Positions 35,065-44,465 of a stretch of DNA of 64,000 nt are shown piece by piece. The position numbers were made by a program, and so were the translations under genes. How positions within the stretch are numbered: position 1 is the stretch's first letter; every line of letters begins with the position of its first letter. Source of the DNA: an uncultured Sphingomonas sp. (lineage in GTDB: Bacteria; Pseudomonadota; Alphaproteobacteria; Sphingomonadales; Sphingomonadaceae); the NCBI RefSeq assembly GCF_913777625.1, contig NZ_CAJYTI010000010.1:175095-239094 (forward strand), given 5' to 3'. The notes beneath the pieces were generated by a model. The model ran no database searches and was not told the DNA's origin. It worked only from the letters and a program-made list of their open reading frames with translations.

Positions 35065-37146
35065 TCAGCCAATTACGCCGAGCGCGCGGATGCGCGCGCG
35101 CGCGTGGATTTCGTTCTGCGACAGGACCACCGTCGCAGGGCGCACACGTTCGATGATCGAGCGGACGAACGGACGGATCGACGGGCTGGTGAGCAGGCAG
35201 GGGATCTCGCCGTCCTGCGCCAGTCGGTCATAGGTCTCGCGCACCGCGCCGATGAACTGCTGGAGCGCCGAGGGCGCCATCGCCAGCTGGCGATCGTCGC
35301 CGGTGCCGAGGATGCTGTCCGCGAACGCCTGGTCCCAGTCGGCCGAGAGCGTCACTACCGGGATCGCATCGCCGCGCGCCTGCGAGGCGCTGATCTGACG
35401 GGCCAGGCGGCTGCGGACATGCTCGGTGATGTAGGTGAGGTTGTTGCTGTGCGGCGCCGACTCCGCGATGCCTTCGAGGATCGTCGGCACGTCGCGGATC
35501 GAGATGCCTTCGGCGAGCAGGTTCTGCAGGATCCGCTGCACGCCCGAGATCGAGACCTTCGACGGGATGATGTCCGCCACCAGCTTTTCCGATTCCTTGT
35601 GGACTTCGGTCAGCAGCTTCTGTGTCTCGGTATAGGAAAGCAGATCGGAGATATTGTCCTTCACCAGCTCGGTGAGGTGCGTGGCGATGATCGTGCCGCA
35701 GTCGACCACGGTGAGGCCGCGGAAGCCGGCTTCGTCGCGCAGCTCGCGATCGATCCACAAGGCGGGCAGGCCGAACACCGGCTCCTTGGTCAGCTCGCCC
35801 GGCAGGCCGACCGGGCCGCCGCCCGGGTTGATCAGCAGCAGCTTCTCCAGCCGGATGTCGCCGCGCGCCGCCTCGGTCTCCTTGATCGAGATGACATATT
35901 CGTTGGGTTTCAGGCCCATATTGTCGATGATGCGGACCGAGGGCAGGACGAAGCCGAACTCGGTCGCCATCTGGCGGCGCAGCGCGCGCACCTGGTCGTC
36001 GAGCCGCGGTTCGCGGGTATCGTCGTTGATCATCGGCAGCAGCGCGTAGCCGATCTCGACGCGCACCGCGTCGATCGCCAGCGTCTGCGAGATCGGCTGC
36101 TCGACGGCCTGGGCCTGGGCGACTTCCTGCGCGGCGGCGAGGCGGGCCTTGGCTTCCTTGGCGCGCGCGCGCCTCGACATGTCCCAAGCGGCCCAACCCG
36201 ACAGCGCCGAGAAGGCGGCAAACGGGATGAAGGGCAGGCCCGGCATCAGCGCCAGCGCGCCCATCAGGAACGAGACCATCCCGAAGGCCTTGGGATAGCG
36301 GCCGAGCTGGTCGCCGAGCGCGGCGCCGGTCTTGCCCGCCACGCCGCCCTTGGAGACGAGCAGGCCGGCGGCGGTCGAGACGATCAGCGCTGGGATCTGG
36401 CTGACCAGACCGTCGCCGGCGGTGAGCACGGTATAGGTGCGGAACGCCTCGCCCACCGGCACGCCGTGGACGATCACGCCCATGGCGAGGCCGACGACGA
36501 TGTTGATCGCGGTGATCAGCAGGCCGGCGATCGCGTCGCCCTTCACGAATTTCGAGGCACCGTCCATCGCGCCGTAGAAGCCGCTCTCGGCCTCCACTTC
36601 GGCGCGGCGGGCCTTGGCCTGTTCCTCGTTGATCATGCCGGCGGAGAGATCGGCGTCGATCGCCATCTGCTTGCCGGGCATCGAGTCCAGGCTGAAGCGC
36701 GCGGCGACTTCGGCGATGCGGCCCGCACCCTTGGTGATGACGACGAAGTTGATGACCACCAGGATGATGAAGATGGTGAGGCCGATCACGGTCTCGCCGC
36801 CCATCAGGAACTCGCCAAAGGCCCCGATCACGCCGCCGGCCGCGTCATGCCCCTCATGGCCGTGGCCGAGGATCAGGCGCGTCGAGGCGAGGTTGAGGCC
36901 CAGCCGCAACATCGTCGCGATCAGCAGGATCGTCGGGAAGGCGCTGAGTTCCAGCGGCTTCTCGATGAACAGCGCCGTCATCAGGATCATCACCGAGAGG
37001 GTGATGGACAAGGCCAGCCCCATGTCGAGCAGCCAGCCCGGCATCGGCAGGATCAGCATCGCGATGATCGCGATCACGCCACCGGCCAGCGCCATGTCGC
37101 GGTTGGCGCCGATGCGTTGGAACAGGTTCAGGACGGCGGGGGGCAT
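35065..37146 (-). CDS. flhA: Flagellar export gate protein
   Basis: FPTILLIATMLRLGLN, ITKGAGRIAEVAARFSLDSMPGKQMAIDADL, FYGAMDGASKFVKGD. Confidence 0.97.
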   Translation of the reverse strand: MPPAVLNLFQRIGANRDMALAGGVIAIIAMLILPMPGWLLDMGLALSITLSVMILMTALFIEKPLELSAFPTILLIATMLRLGLNLASTRLILGHGHEGHDAAGGVIGAFGEFLMGGETVIGLTIFIILVVINFVVITKGAGRIAEVAARFSLDSMPGKQMAIDADLSAGMINEEQAKARRAEVEAESGFYGAMDGASKFVKGDAIAGLLITAINIVVGLAMGVIVHGVPVGEAFRTYTVLTAGDGLVSQIPALIVSTAAGLLVSKGGVAGKTGAALGDQLGRYPKAFGMVSFLMGALALMPGLPFIPFAAFSALSGWAAWDMSRRARAKEAKARLAAAQEVAQAQAVEQPISQTLAIDAVRVEIGYALLPMINDDTREPRLDDQVRALRRQMATEFGFVLPSVRIIDNMGLKPNEYVISIKETEAARGDIRLEKLLLINPGGGPVGLPGELTKEPVFGLPALWIDRELRDEAGFRGLTVVDCGTIIATHLTELVKDNISDLLSYTETQKLLTEVHKESEKLVADIIPSKVSISGVQRILQNLLAEGISIRDVPTILEGIAESAPHSNNLTYITEHVRSRLARQISASQARGDAIPVVTLSADWDQAFADSILGTGDDRQLAMAPSALQQFIGAVRETYDRLAQDGEIPCLLTSPSIRPFVRSIIERVRPATVVLSQNEIHARARIRALGVIG

Positions 37147-37172
37147 AAGCGGTTACCGGTTCCCTGGAAGGA

Positions 37173-38507
37173 TCAAGGGGCGGGCGAGACGGCGATGCCC
37201 GCCTCGATGAAGGTGCGCAGCTTGTTGCGCATCGTGCGCACCGAGATGCCGAGGATGTTCGATGCCGAGGTGCGGTTGCCGTGGCAGCGCTCGAGCGTCT
37301 GGAGGATCAGCTCGCGCTCCACCTCTTCCACCGTGCGGCCGACCAGGCTGTTGATGTCGAGCGCGTTCGCATCGGCATTGAGGTCGGCAAGCGGGGTGCC
37401 GTCGGCACGCACCAGGTCGCCCGGCGTGATCGCGGCGCCGCGGCCGAGCAGGATGGCGCGATGCACCGTCTCGTCCAGTTCGCGGATGTTGCCCGGCCAG
37501 CTGTAGCGCTGGAGCAGCGCCAGTGCCTCGTCGGTGAAGGCGCGCTCGGGCACGCCGTCGACTTCGGCATGGCGCTTGGCGAAATAGCGGGCGAGGGCGA
37601 GGATGTCCTCGCCGCGGGCGCGGAGCGGCGGCACCTCGACGCGGACCAGCCCCAGCCGGACCAGCAGATCGGCGCGGAACGAACCGCTGTCGACCAGCGC
37701 GTCGAGGTTCAGGCTCGATGTCGCGATCAGCCGCGCATGGAACGGGATCAGCTCGTTGCCCGCCAGGCGGCGGAACTGCTGCTTCTGGAGCACGTCGTGC
37801 AGTTTGGCCTGGAGCGCGGGCGACAGCATGCCCACTTCGCGGATCAGCACGGTGCCATGGCCGGCCTTTTCGAGCCGACCGATGCGGCGGGCGACCGCGC
37901 CCGGAAAGGCGCCGGCCTCATGGCCGAACAGCTCGGATTCGAGCACGTCGGGGGCAACCCCGGCGCATTCGGCGACCAGCATCGGCTGCGGACGGCCCGA
38001 GGCATCGTGCACGGCACGCGCCATCATTTCCTTGCCGCTGCCCTTCTCGCCGGTGATCAGCACCGGCGCGCTGCTGGGGGCGACGCCCGCGGCAAGCGAG
38101 AGCGCGCGGGCGAGGGCGGGGTGAACGCCGATCCAGGCCGGGGCCTTGCGCTCGACGACCGAGGCAATGGCCGCCGCGATCAGTTCGCGTTGCGGCGGAA
38201 GCGGTACGTAATCGCGGGCGCCGGCGCGGATCGCCGCAACCGCGCGCTCGGCCGGGGCATCGATGCCGCAGGCCAGCACCGCGATGGTGAAGCGTTCGCT
38301 GCGGATGCTCGCCATGAAGCCGGCGATGTCCGCCTCGACGTCGATCATCACCAGATCTGCGCCGCCCTGGCGCAGCTGGATCAGGCCGTCGGCCGGCGTG
38401 TCGGCCATCGCCACTTCGGCGCCGGCGCTGCGCGCCAGCTCGGCGGCGAGGCGGAACTCGCTGCCCGGCGCACCGATCAGGAGCATGCGTATGGAGCTGG
38501 CCATCAA
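37173..38507 (-). CDS. flbD: FlbD-like enhancer-binding protein (REC-AAA+-HTH) with degenerate sigma54-activation motifs
   Basis: FlbD-like receiver (VLACGIDA...YVPLPP), Walker A GEKGSGKE, GAFPGA instead of GAFTGA, Walker B VLIRE, intact HTH GNRTSASNILGISVRTMRNKL; fliN-flbD-flhA synteny. Confidence 0.88.
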   Translation of the reverse strand: MMASSIRMLLIGAPGSEFRLAAELARSAGAEVAMADTPADGLIQLRQGGADLVMIDVEADIAGFMASIRSERFTIAVLACGIDAPAERAVAAIRAGARDYVPLPPQRELIAAAIASVVERKAPAWIGVHPALARALSLAAGVAPSSAPVLITGEKGSGKEMMARAVHDASGRPQPMLVAECAGVAPDVLESELFGHEAGAFPGAVARRIGRLEKAGHGTVLIREVGMLSPALQAKLHDVLQKQQFRRLAGNELIPFHARLIATSSLNLDALVDSGSFRADLLVRLGLVRVEVPPLRARGEDILALARYFAKRHAEVDGVPERAFTDEALALLQRYSWPGNIRELDETVHRAILLGRGAAITPGDLVRADGTPLADLNADANALDINSLVGRTVEEVERELILQTLERCHGNRTSASNILGISVRTMRNKLRTFIEAGIAVSPAP

Positions 38508-38863
38508 CGGTCGGGCCGCACGATTTCGGTGAGCGTGACGCCCAGCGCGTTGTCGATCAGCACGACTTCGCCGCGGGCGATCAGCCGGTCGTTGACGAAG
38601 ATGTCGACCGGTTCGCCGACCCGGCGGTCCAGTTCGAGCACGGTCCCCGAACTGAGCGCCAGCAGGTCGCCGATCGGCATCCGCGCGCGGCCGAGCACGG
38701 CCTGTACCTTGACCGGCACGTCATGCACGGCCTCCAGGCCGGCGCTGCTGTTCTGCGCTTCGGGCGTGCTGCCCGGCAGCTCGAAATCCTCGAAATCGGG
38801 GGCGGGGGCCGGCTGGGGCTCGGGGCCGTCCGACGGGATGATGTCGTGGGGATCGATGTTCAT
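38504..38863 (-). CDS. fliN: Flagellar motor switch protein FliN
   Basis: DVPVKVQAVLGR, VLELDRRVGEPVDIFVNDRLIARGEVV. Confidence 0.95.
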   Translation of the reverse strand: MNIDPHDIIPSDGPEPQPAPAPDFEDFELPGSTPEAQNSSAGLEAVHDVPVKVQAVLGRARMPIGDLLALSSGTVLELDRRVGEPVDIFVNDRLIARGEVVLIDNALGVTLTEIVRPDR

Positions 38864-38874
38864 CTGCAAAAATC

Positions 38875-40503
38875 CTATGCGTTCATCCACTGGCGGATCA
38901 CCGAGGCCGCCTCAGGCGGGCTCGCGGCGATGGCCGAGCCGATCCGCTTCAGCGCGGAGAGCTTGATCCGCCCATCCACCTGGGCGAGGGCGATTTCCTG
39001 ATCGAGCAGCGGGGCGTCGCTCGCCGTCATCTGCTCGAGCTGCTGGAGCGCTTCCGGATCACCGTCGGCGGCGCGGGCCGTGAGCAGGCGCATCTCTTCA
39101 TTGTGCTGCTGTTGCTGCTGGGCCTCGAGCGCCATCATCTCGGGCTCGATCGCCAGCGGCTCCGGCTTGGGCTTGAGCATGCGCAGCGCGAGCAGGCCGA
39201 CGCCGGCGATCAGGGCGAGCTGGAGGAAGGTCCAGATCTTGTCCATCGGCAGCTTGGAGAAGAGGCTCTCCTTGGCGTCCTCGACGGGCACCGCCGAGAA
39301 GGGCATGCTCTCCACCACCACGCTGTCGCCGCGCTGGGTGTCGATGCCGGTGGCATTCTCCACCAGGCGCTGGAGGCGCTGGATCTGGTCGGTCGGCAGG
39401 CCCTTGGGGCCGCCATCGACCATCACCGCGATGGTGAGGCGGGTGACCTTGCCCGGCGCGCGCAGCGTGACCGTCTTGGTCGAGCTGTTCGAGAAGGTGG
39501 TGTCTTCCGAAGTCTGGTTGCTGGCCGACTGGCGCGAGGTGCCGGGCGCGGCCGGATTGGCCTTGGCATCGGGCAGCTGGTTGGAGACCGAGGTGGTCTG
39601 CGGGCCGGCCTCGTTTTCCTTGTTCTGGTCGCCGGTCTCGACGCTCACCTTGCGGGCGACGACCTGCTTGTCGGGATCGAACACGTTCGATTCCTCACGG
39701 GTCTGGTCGCGGTCGATCTGGGCCGAGACTTCGGCGCGGACCTTGCCCTCGCCGACGATCGGCTGGAGCAGTGCCTCGATCTCGTCGCGCAGCTTGGCTT
39801 CCACCGCCTGCTGGCGCTCGTCGGCATCGGCGGCGCCGGCGGTATCGGGATCGCCCGCGCGGGCGAGCAGCGCGCCGGTCTGGTCGACGACCGAGACCGC
39901 GTCCGGCGAAAGCTCGGGCACCGAGGAGGAAACGAGATAGCGGATCGAGGCGATCTGCTCCGATCCCATATGCCCCTTGGTCTTCACCGTGACGGCAGCC
40001 GTCGCCTTGCGGCTTTCGCTCGCGAACATCGCGCGCTCGGGCATGACGATGTGGACGCGGGCCGCGGTGACGGTCTGGATGGTCTGGATCGACTTGGCGA
40101 GCTCGCCTTCGATCGCGCGCGTCTCGTTCATCTTGGCGCGGCTTGCGGACACGCCGAAGGGCTGTTCGGAGTCGAGTACCTCATAGCCGATCTTGCCGCC
40201 CAGCTTCTCGCCGGCCATGCTCATCCGCAGCTGGGCGAGCTTGTCCTCCGGCGCCATGATCGCGGTGCCGTCGGCGGAAAGGGTGTAGGGGACGTTCTGG
40301 GCCTTCAGCTTCTCGGTGATCGTCGACGCCGCGGCGGGATCGAGATCGGTGTAGAGATAGCCCATGTTCGACTTGGAGCTGCTCATTGCCACCACGGTGA
40401 GTGCCGCGAGCAGCGCGAACGCCACACCGCCCATCATCGCGAGCCGCTTGGTGCCGAGTTGCGTCACCAGATTCTTGATCGCTTCCAAAGCCGCCCCATG
40501 CAC
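38875..40503 (-). CDS. fliF: MS-ring protein
   Basis: Two TM segments, GYEVLD...FGVS, RAIEGELAKSI, ARVHIVMP, RLTIAVMVDG; start could be TTG 40488. Confidence 0.96.
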   Translation of the reverse strand: MHGAALEAIKNLVTQLGTKRLAMMGGVAFALLAALTVVAMSSSKSNMGYLYTDLDPAAASTITEKLKAQNVPYTLSADGTAIMAPEDKLAQLRMSMAGEKLGGKIGYEVLDSEQPFGVSASRAKMNETRAIEGELAKSIQTIQTVTAARVHIVMPERAMFASESRKATAAVTVKTKGHMGSEQIASIRYLVSSSVPELSPDAVSVVDQTGALLARAGDPDTAGAADADERQQAVEAKLRDEIEALLQPIVGEGKVRAEVSAQIDRDQTREESNVFDPDKQVVARKVSVETGDQNKENEAGPQTTSVSNQLPDAKANPAAPGTSRQSASNQTSEDTTFSNSSTKTVTLRAPGKVTRLTIAVMVDGGPKGLPTDQIQRLQRLVENATGIDTQRGDSVVVESMPFSAVPVEDAKESLFSKLPMDKIWTFLQLALIAGVGLLALRMLKPKPEPLAIEPEMMALEAQQQQQHNEEMRLLTARAADGDPEALQQLEQMTASDAPLLDQEIALAQVDGRIKLSALKRIGSAIAASPPEAASVIRQWMNA

Positions 40504-40538
40504 TAGCTACGGGGCGCGGAATGCCCCTGGTTGTTAGC

Positions 40539-40590
40539 TTTATAGAAAGGGGGCGGAGCGGCAGTTTCTGCCGGGTGGGAATTTTTTGCC
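40539..40590 (-). promoter_or_regulatory. fliF promoter region: TTCTATAAA plus two ftr-like boxes
   Basis: Minus CTATAAA 40539-40545; GGCAGTTTCTGCC 40560-40572; GGAATTTTTTGCC 40578-40590. Confidence 0.6.
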
Positions 40591-40683
40591 TAGCGGCTGC
40601 GCGGCCTTGTTCAGGTGGTAGCCATCTGAACCAATCCCAGAGAAAGTCGTTTGCGCGCCAGCGCCAAGGCCAAGGGGGACGGA

Positions 40684-41451
40684 ATGGAAACGAACAGGCG
40701 GGGCTTTACCGCCGGACTGGCATCGCTGTTGCTGGTGCCGAAAGCGGCGGCGGCGATCCAGACGCACGCCGGCGCGGTAAGCCTGACCTATGACGACGGC
40801 CTGTCCTCGCAACTCGACGTGGCGGTGCCCGCGCTGGAACGCCGAGGCTTGCACGGCACCTTCTATGTGACCTGGGACAATATCGTCGATCGCGTCGCCG
40901 ACTGGGCCAAGCTGCCCGCGCGCGGCCACGAACTCGGCGCGCATACGGTGCACCATCCCTGCAACCTGGGGCCGCTCAGCGCCCGGCAGTACGCCGATCG
41001 CGAGATGCTGCCGGTCGAAGCATGGCTCGATCAGGTGGCGGGCAAGGCCCGGCCGCACGACTTCGCCTATCCGTGCGATGTCACCAATCTTGGTCCTGGC
41101 ATCGCCAATGTGCAGCGCGCGCGTTTCGAGGCGATGCTGCACCGGCTGGGGCTACAGAGTGCCCGCAACAGTGAAGGTCCGCCCAATCCGGCGGGATGGG
41201 TACGGCGCCATCCGTTCCGCCTCCAGGCGCTCGCCGTGGGATATGATGCGCAGGCGCTCGACGTGTTCAACTATCTCCAGCGCGCCCGCAACGAGGGGCG
41301 CTGGGCGATCCTGGTGTTCCACCAGGTCGGCGACGGGCCCGAGAGCGACGGCGCCGTCACCGCCGTCCAGCACGACGCGCTGCTCGACATGGTGTTGGGA
41401 AGCGGGCTGGCAGTGCGGACGGTGGGCGAGCAGCTTCAGCACATCGCCTGA
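40684..41451 (+). CDS. Tat-exported polysaccharide deacetylase (CE4/NodB-like)
   Basis: Tat motif NRRGF; SLTYDDG, HELGAHTVHH, FAYP, ILVFH. Confidence 0.88.
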   Translation: METNRRGFTAGLASLLLVPKAAAAIQTHAGAVSLTYDDGLSSQLDVAVPALERRGLHGTFYVTWDNIVDRVADWAKLPARGHELGAHTVHHPCNLGPLSARQYADREMLPVEAWLDQVAGKARPHDFAYPCDVTNLGPGIANVQRARFEAMLHRLGLQSARNSEGPPNPAGWVRRHPFRLQALAVGYDAQALDVFNYLQRARNEGRWAILVFHQVGDGPESDGAVTAVQHDALLDMVLGSGLAVRTVGEQLQHIA

Positions 41452-41572
41452 CGGCGCACGCGCATCCGAACCGGTCGATGGGCGTTTGACCGCCGATGAA
41501 CGGCCGCTCCAGCCCCGGTTCAGCCTCGCAAGGGCAGAACGGCGGGCAAGGGGGCGGGAAGTAGGAGCTGTC

Positions 41573-43252
41573 ATGTCGGATCTCTGGAAACGCCCCGCCA
41601 TGGTCACGGCCAGCGTGATCGCATTGGCCCTGGCCGGTTGCTCCCCCTCGGGGACGACGGCGGATCAGGCGGCGAGCAACGCAGCCATGGCGAACATGAG
41701 CGCGGGCCTGCCCGCCTTGCCCGCGGCCGTGCCGCTGCAACCGGGTGCGCCGACGGCGCTCGCCGCTGCGCCACCCGCGGACGCGCTGCCGGCCACCCGT
41801 CGGGTGCGCGTGGCGCAGGTCGCGCGCCGCAGCGATGCCTATGCCTATCTCGATCGTGCGCAGGGCGTCGCCCATGCGATCGGCGACGCACCGCCGGACT
41901 ATGCCTATGACGATGGCCGGGTCTCGCCCTGGGTGTGGCAGACCAGCCTGGGCGACAGCCGCTATGCCGAACCGGTCGATGGCGGCTATCGCTATTATTA
42001 TTACCAGCCGGGTGCCGACACGCCCTATCTCGTCCGAGACCCGCGCTACAGCTATGCCTATTCGGGCGACGACTTGGTCGCGGTCTATGACGCCGGCGGC
42101 GATCTGCTGCCGCCGAACGACTATATCGGGCGTGCCGATATTGCTTCGCGCTATTATGACCGAGCGGAATATCTCTACGAGCTGTCGCGCCAGCGCGAGC
42201 ATCGCGGCGTCGTCGCCGCCAACTGGGCGGCGCGCCGCGCCGAGATCGCGGCCGCCAATGCGCAATGGGCGGAGGCACAGGCGCGGCAGGCCGAATGGCA
42301 GGCCTATCGCCAGGCCCATGCCGCGCAGGAGCAGGCCGCCTGGGAGCAGGAGCGCGAACGGCGGGCGCTCGTCGCCCAGCGCTTTGCCGCGTGGCAGCAA
42401 CAGGGCTTCCGGAGCCCGCCGCCGCAGCCCGTCGCCTATCTGCCGCCGGCGCCTCCGCCGCAGCCGCGCCGCGGATGGTTGCCCAACTGGTTCGGCGGAG
42501 ATGCCGCGCGCCAGGCGCAGGACCAGCAGCGCCAGCAGCAGTTCCGCCAGCAGCAGATCGCGCAGCAGCAGGCAGCGCAGCGTCAGGCCCAGATGCAGGC
42601 CCGCATTCAGGCGACGCAGCGCCAGCAGCAACAGCAGGCGGCCCAGCAGCAACAGCAACAGCAACGCTTCGCCCAGCAGCAGGCGCAGCAGCGCGTGGCG
42701 CTCCAGCAGGCGCAGCGTCAGTTGGCCGAGCAGCAGGCGCGGCAGCGCGCGGCCCAGCAGCAACAGCAAGTCGCGCAGCAACAGGCCCAGCAGCGGGTGG
42801 TCCAACAACAGGCCCAGCAACAGGTGCAGCAGCGCGCGCGACAGCAGGCCGTCGAGCAGCAACGGCTCCGTCAGCAGGCCGCCCAGCAACAGGCGCAAGC
42901 GCAGGTGCGTGCACGCCAGCAGCTACAGGCCCAGGCAGCGCAGCGGGCTCGCCAGCAGCAGCAGGCCGTGCAGGCCCAGGCTCAGGTTCAGCAACGCGCG
43001 CGGGCGCAGCAGATGGAGCGCCAGCAGGCCCAGCGCCAGCAGGCCCAGCAGCACCAGGCGGAACAGGCCCAGGCGCGCCAGCAGGCAGAGGCCCGTGCCG
43101 CCGCGCAGCTGCGTGAGGCCCAGGCGCGGGTGCAGGTCGCGCAGCAACAGCGTGCCCAGGCAGCCGCGCGCGCAGCAGAGCAGGCGCGCCCGCATCCCCA
43201 GCCGGCGCCGCAGCACGAGGCGCCGCGTCCTCGCACTCCGCACGAGGGCTGA
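41573..43252 (+). CDS. Lipoprotein with a Tyr-rich globular domain and a very long Gln/Ala/Arg-rich tail
   Basis: AGGAG RBS, lipobox LAGC, Tyr-rich middle domain, about 220 residues dominated by Q, A and R. Confidence 0.85.
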   Translation: MSDLWKRPAMVTASVIALALAGCSPSGTTADQAASNAAMANMSAGLPALPAAVPLQPGAPTALAAAPPADALPATRRVRVAQVARRSDAYAYLDRAQGVAHAIGDAPPDYAYDDGRVSPWVWQTSLGDSRYAEPVDGGYRYYYYQPGADTPYLVRDPRYSYAYSGDDLVAVYDAGGDLLPPNDYIGRADIASRYYDRAEYLYELSRQREHRGVVAANWAARRAEIAAANAQWAEAQARQAEWQAYRQAHAAQEQAAWEQERERRALVAQRFAAWQQQGFRSPPPQPVAYLPPAPPPQPRRGWLPNWFGGDAARQAQDQQRQQQFRQQQIAQQQAAQRQAQMQARIQATQRQQQQQAAQQQQQQQRFAQQQAQQRVALQQAQRQLAEQQARQRAAQQQQQVAQQQAQQRVVQQQAQQQVQQRARQQAVEQQRLRQQAAQQQAQAQVRARQQLQAQAAQRARQQQQAVQAQAQVQQRARAQQMERQQAQRQQAQQHQAEQAQARQQAEARAAAQLREAQARVQVAQQQRAQAAARAAEQARPHPQPAPQHEAPRPRTPHEG

Positions 43253-43262
43253 TTGCACGAAC

Positions 43263-43299
43263 GGCAAAGGGCAGCTCCGGAGGGGAGCGGCCCTTTGCC
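43263..43299. terminator. Hairpin between convergent genes
   Basis: GGCAAAGGGC...GCCCTTTGCC 10-bp inverted repeat. Confidence 0.6.
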
Positions 43300-43301
43300 A
43301 T

Positions 43302-44396
43302 TCAGGCCTTGGCGGTGAGCTCGTCCAGGGCATGTGGCTCGTGCATCGGGCAGCCATTGAACCGCCCGCGATAGTCTGCCGAGAATCTATATGGTTCCTT
43401 GCGCGCCCGATTGACCCCGCCCAGCGGCTGGTGGGCCGCCAGCCCATGCCAGGGCGCGAAGGACAGCCGGTCTTCGATCCGGTCGCTTTCCCCCGGCACC
43501 CAGCCGCGCTGCGGCGCAACTTCCAAAGTGGCAACGGTGCGATAGGGGCTCGCCGTCTCGTCCCAGACGATCGAGGCGTCCTCGACCGGCATGGTCTCGA
43601 GATCGGTGCAAAGCTGCACGCGGAACTCCCATATACCGCCTTGCTCGGCGAGCAGTTCGTTCACCTCCTCCCGGATCGCGTCGGGGCGACCGGTGGCGTT
43701 GATCGTCTCCTCGGCGAAGTCCTTGATCGCGGAGACCGGCGCGAGCTGGAACTTGGCGATATACTCGCCATAGCGATAGGGTGTCTGGCTGAAATAGGTG
43801 GCGCCCAGCGGGTGCACCGGCTTGGCGCCGCCCAGCGAGCTGAGCAGGGCGGACTTGCCGCCAACCGCCTCCAGCGCCGCCTCGAAGCTGCGCAGTACCG
43901 CGGAGAGCAGTTTCTTCGCGCCCTCCGCCTTGTCGGTCGTGCCGGCGAGCAGCTTGAGGTTGCCGAGGAACTTCTTCGCATCGGGGGCGGCGAAGGCGGG
44001 CGCATTGACCATCACGAAGTCCTGCGTCGTGTCCCCCTCGCTGCCCGGGAGGCGGTCGCCCTCGACGCCGAGCACCTTCAGCGCGGCGCCGCGGGGCAGG
44101 CGGATCGAGTCGTCGAGAATGTCGCCCGCGTTGGTGGAGAAGCGCAGGATCGCTTCGTGCGGGCCGGGGGTGGCGAACAGGCCTTGCGCCAGTTCAGGCG
44201 GGAGTCCCTCGGCCACCGTGAACGTGCCTCGCGCCAGGCCATGGCCCTTGGCATGTACCGAGCGCACGGCATGCTGGTAATCCCGCGACGTGGTGTCGAG
44301 GATCTTCTCGAACTGTTCCTTCAGCCCCGCGATCGTCTCCGCCTCGTCGGGCTGGGGCTGTTCGACGGACGGCGCGAAACGGACGGGCTGCGGCAT
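43302..44396 (-). CDS. Catalase-like heme protein (small catalase-related family)
   Basis: RSVHAKGHG (distal His), LRFS, DFVMVN, LSFAPWHGLAAHQPLGGVNRARKEPY. Confidence 0.88.
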   Translation of the reverse strand: MPQPVRFAPSVEQPQPDEAETIAGLKEQFEKILDTTSRDYQHAVRSVHAKGHGLARGTFTVAEGLPPELAQGLFATPGPHEAILRFSTNAGDILDDSIRLPRGAALKVLGVEGDRLPGSEGDTTQDFVMVNAPAFAAPDAKKFLGNLKLLAGTTDKAEGAKKLLSAVLRSFEAALEAVGGKSALLSSLGGAKPVHPLGATYFSQTPYRYGEYIAKFQLAPVSAIKDFAEETINATGRPDAIREEVNELLAEQGGIWEFRVQLCTDLETMPVEDASIVWDETASPYRTVATLEVAPQRGWVPGESDRIEDRLSFAPWHGLAAHQPLGGVNRARKEPYRFSADYRGRFNGCPMHEPHALDELTAKA

Positions 44397-44465
44397 GGTG
44401 ACTTCCCTTCGAGGTTGCGAAGGGAATGAACCGTCCGTGCCGTGCGCCGTTCCGTCGCCGGTATC

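Noticed and set aside
42520-43200. CAG-rich repetitive DNA as a CRISPR array or satellite
   Set aside because: No constant repeat with unique spacers and no cas genes; explained by Gln codons
41604-43301. Long Ala/Pro-rich antisense ORF and other long shadow ORFs (e.g. 34999-37506 +, 46273-48639 -, 13219-15246 -)
   Set aside because: Stop-poor opposite frames of high-GC genes, with no motifs or RBS; the sense gene is clearly identifiable
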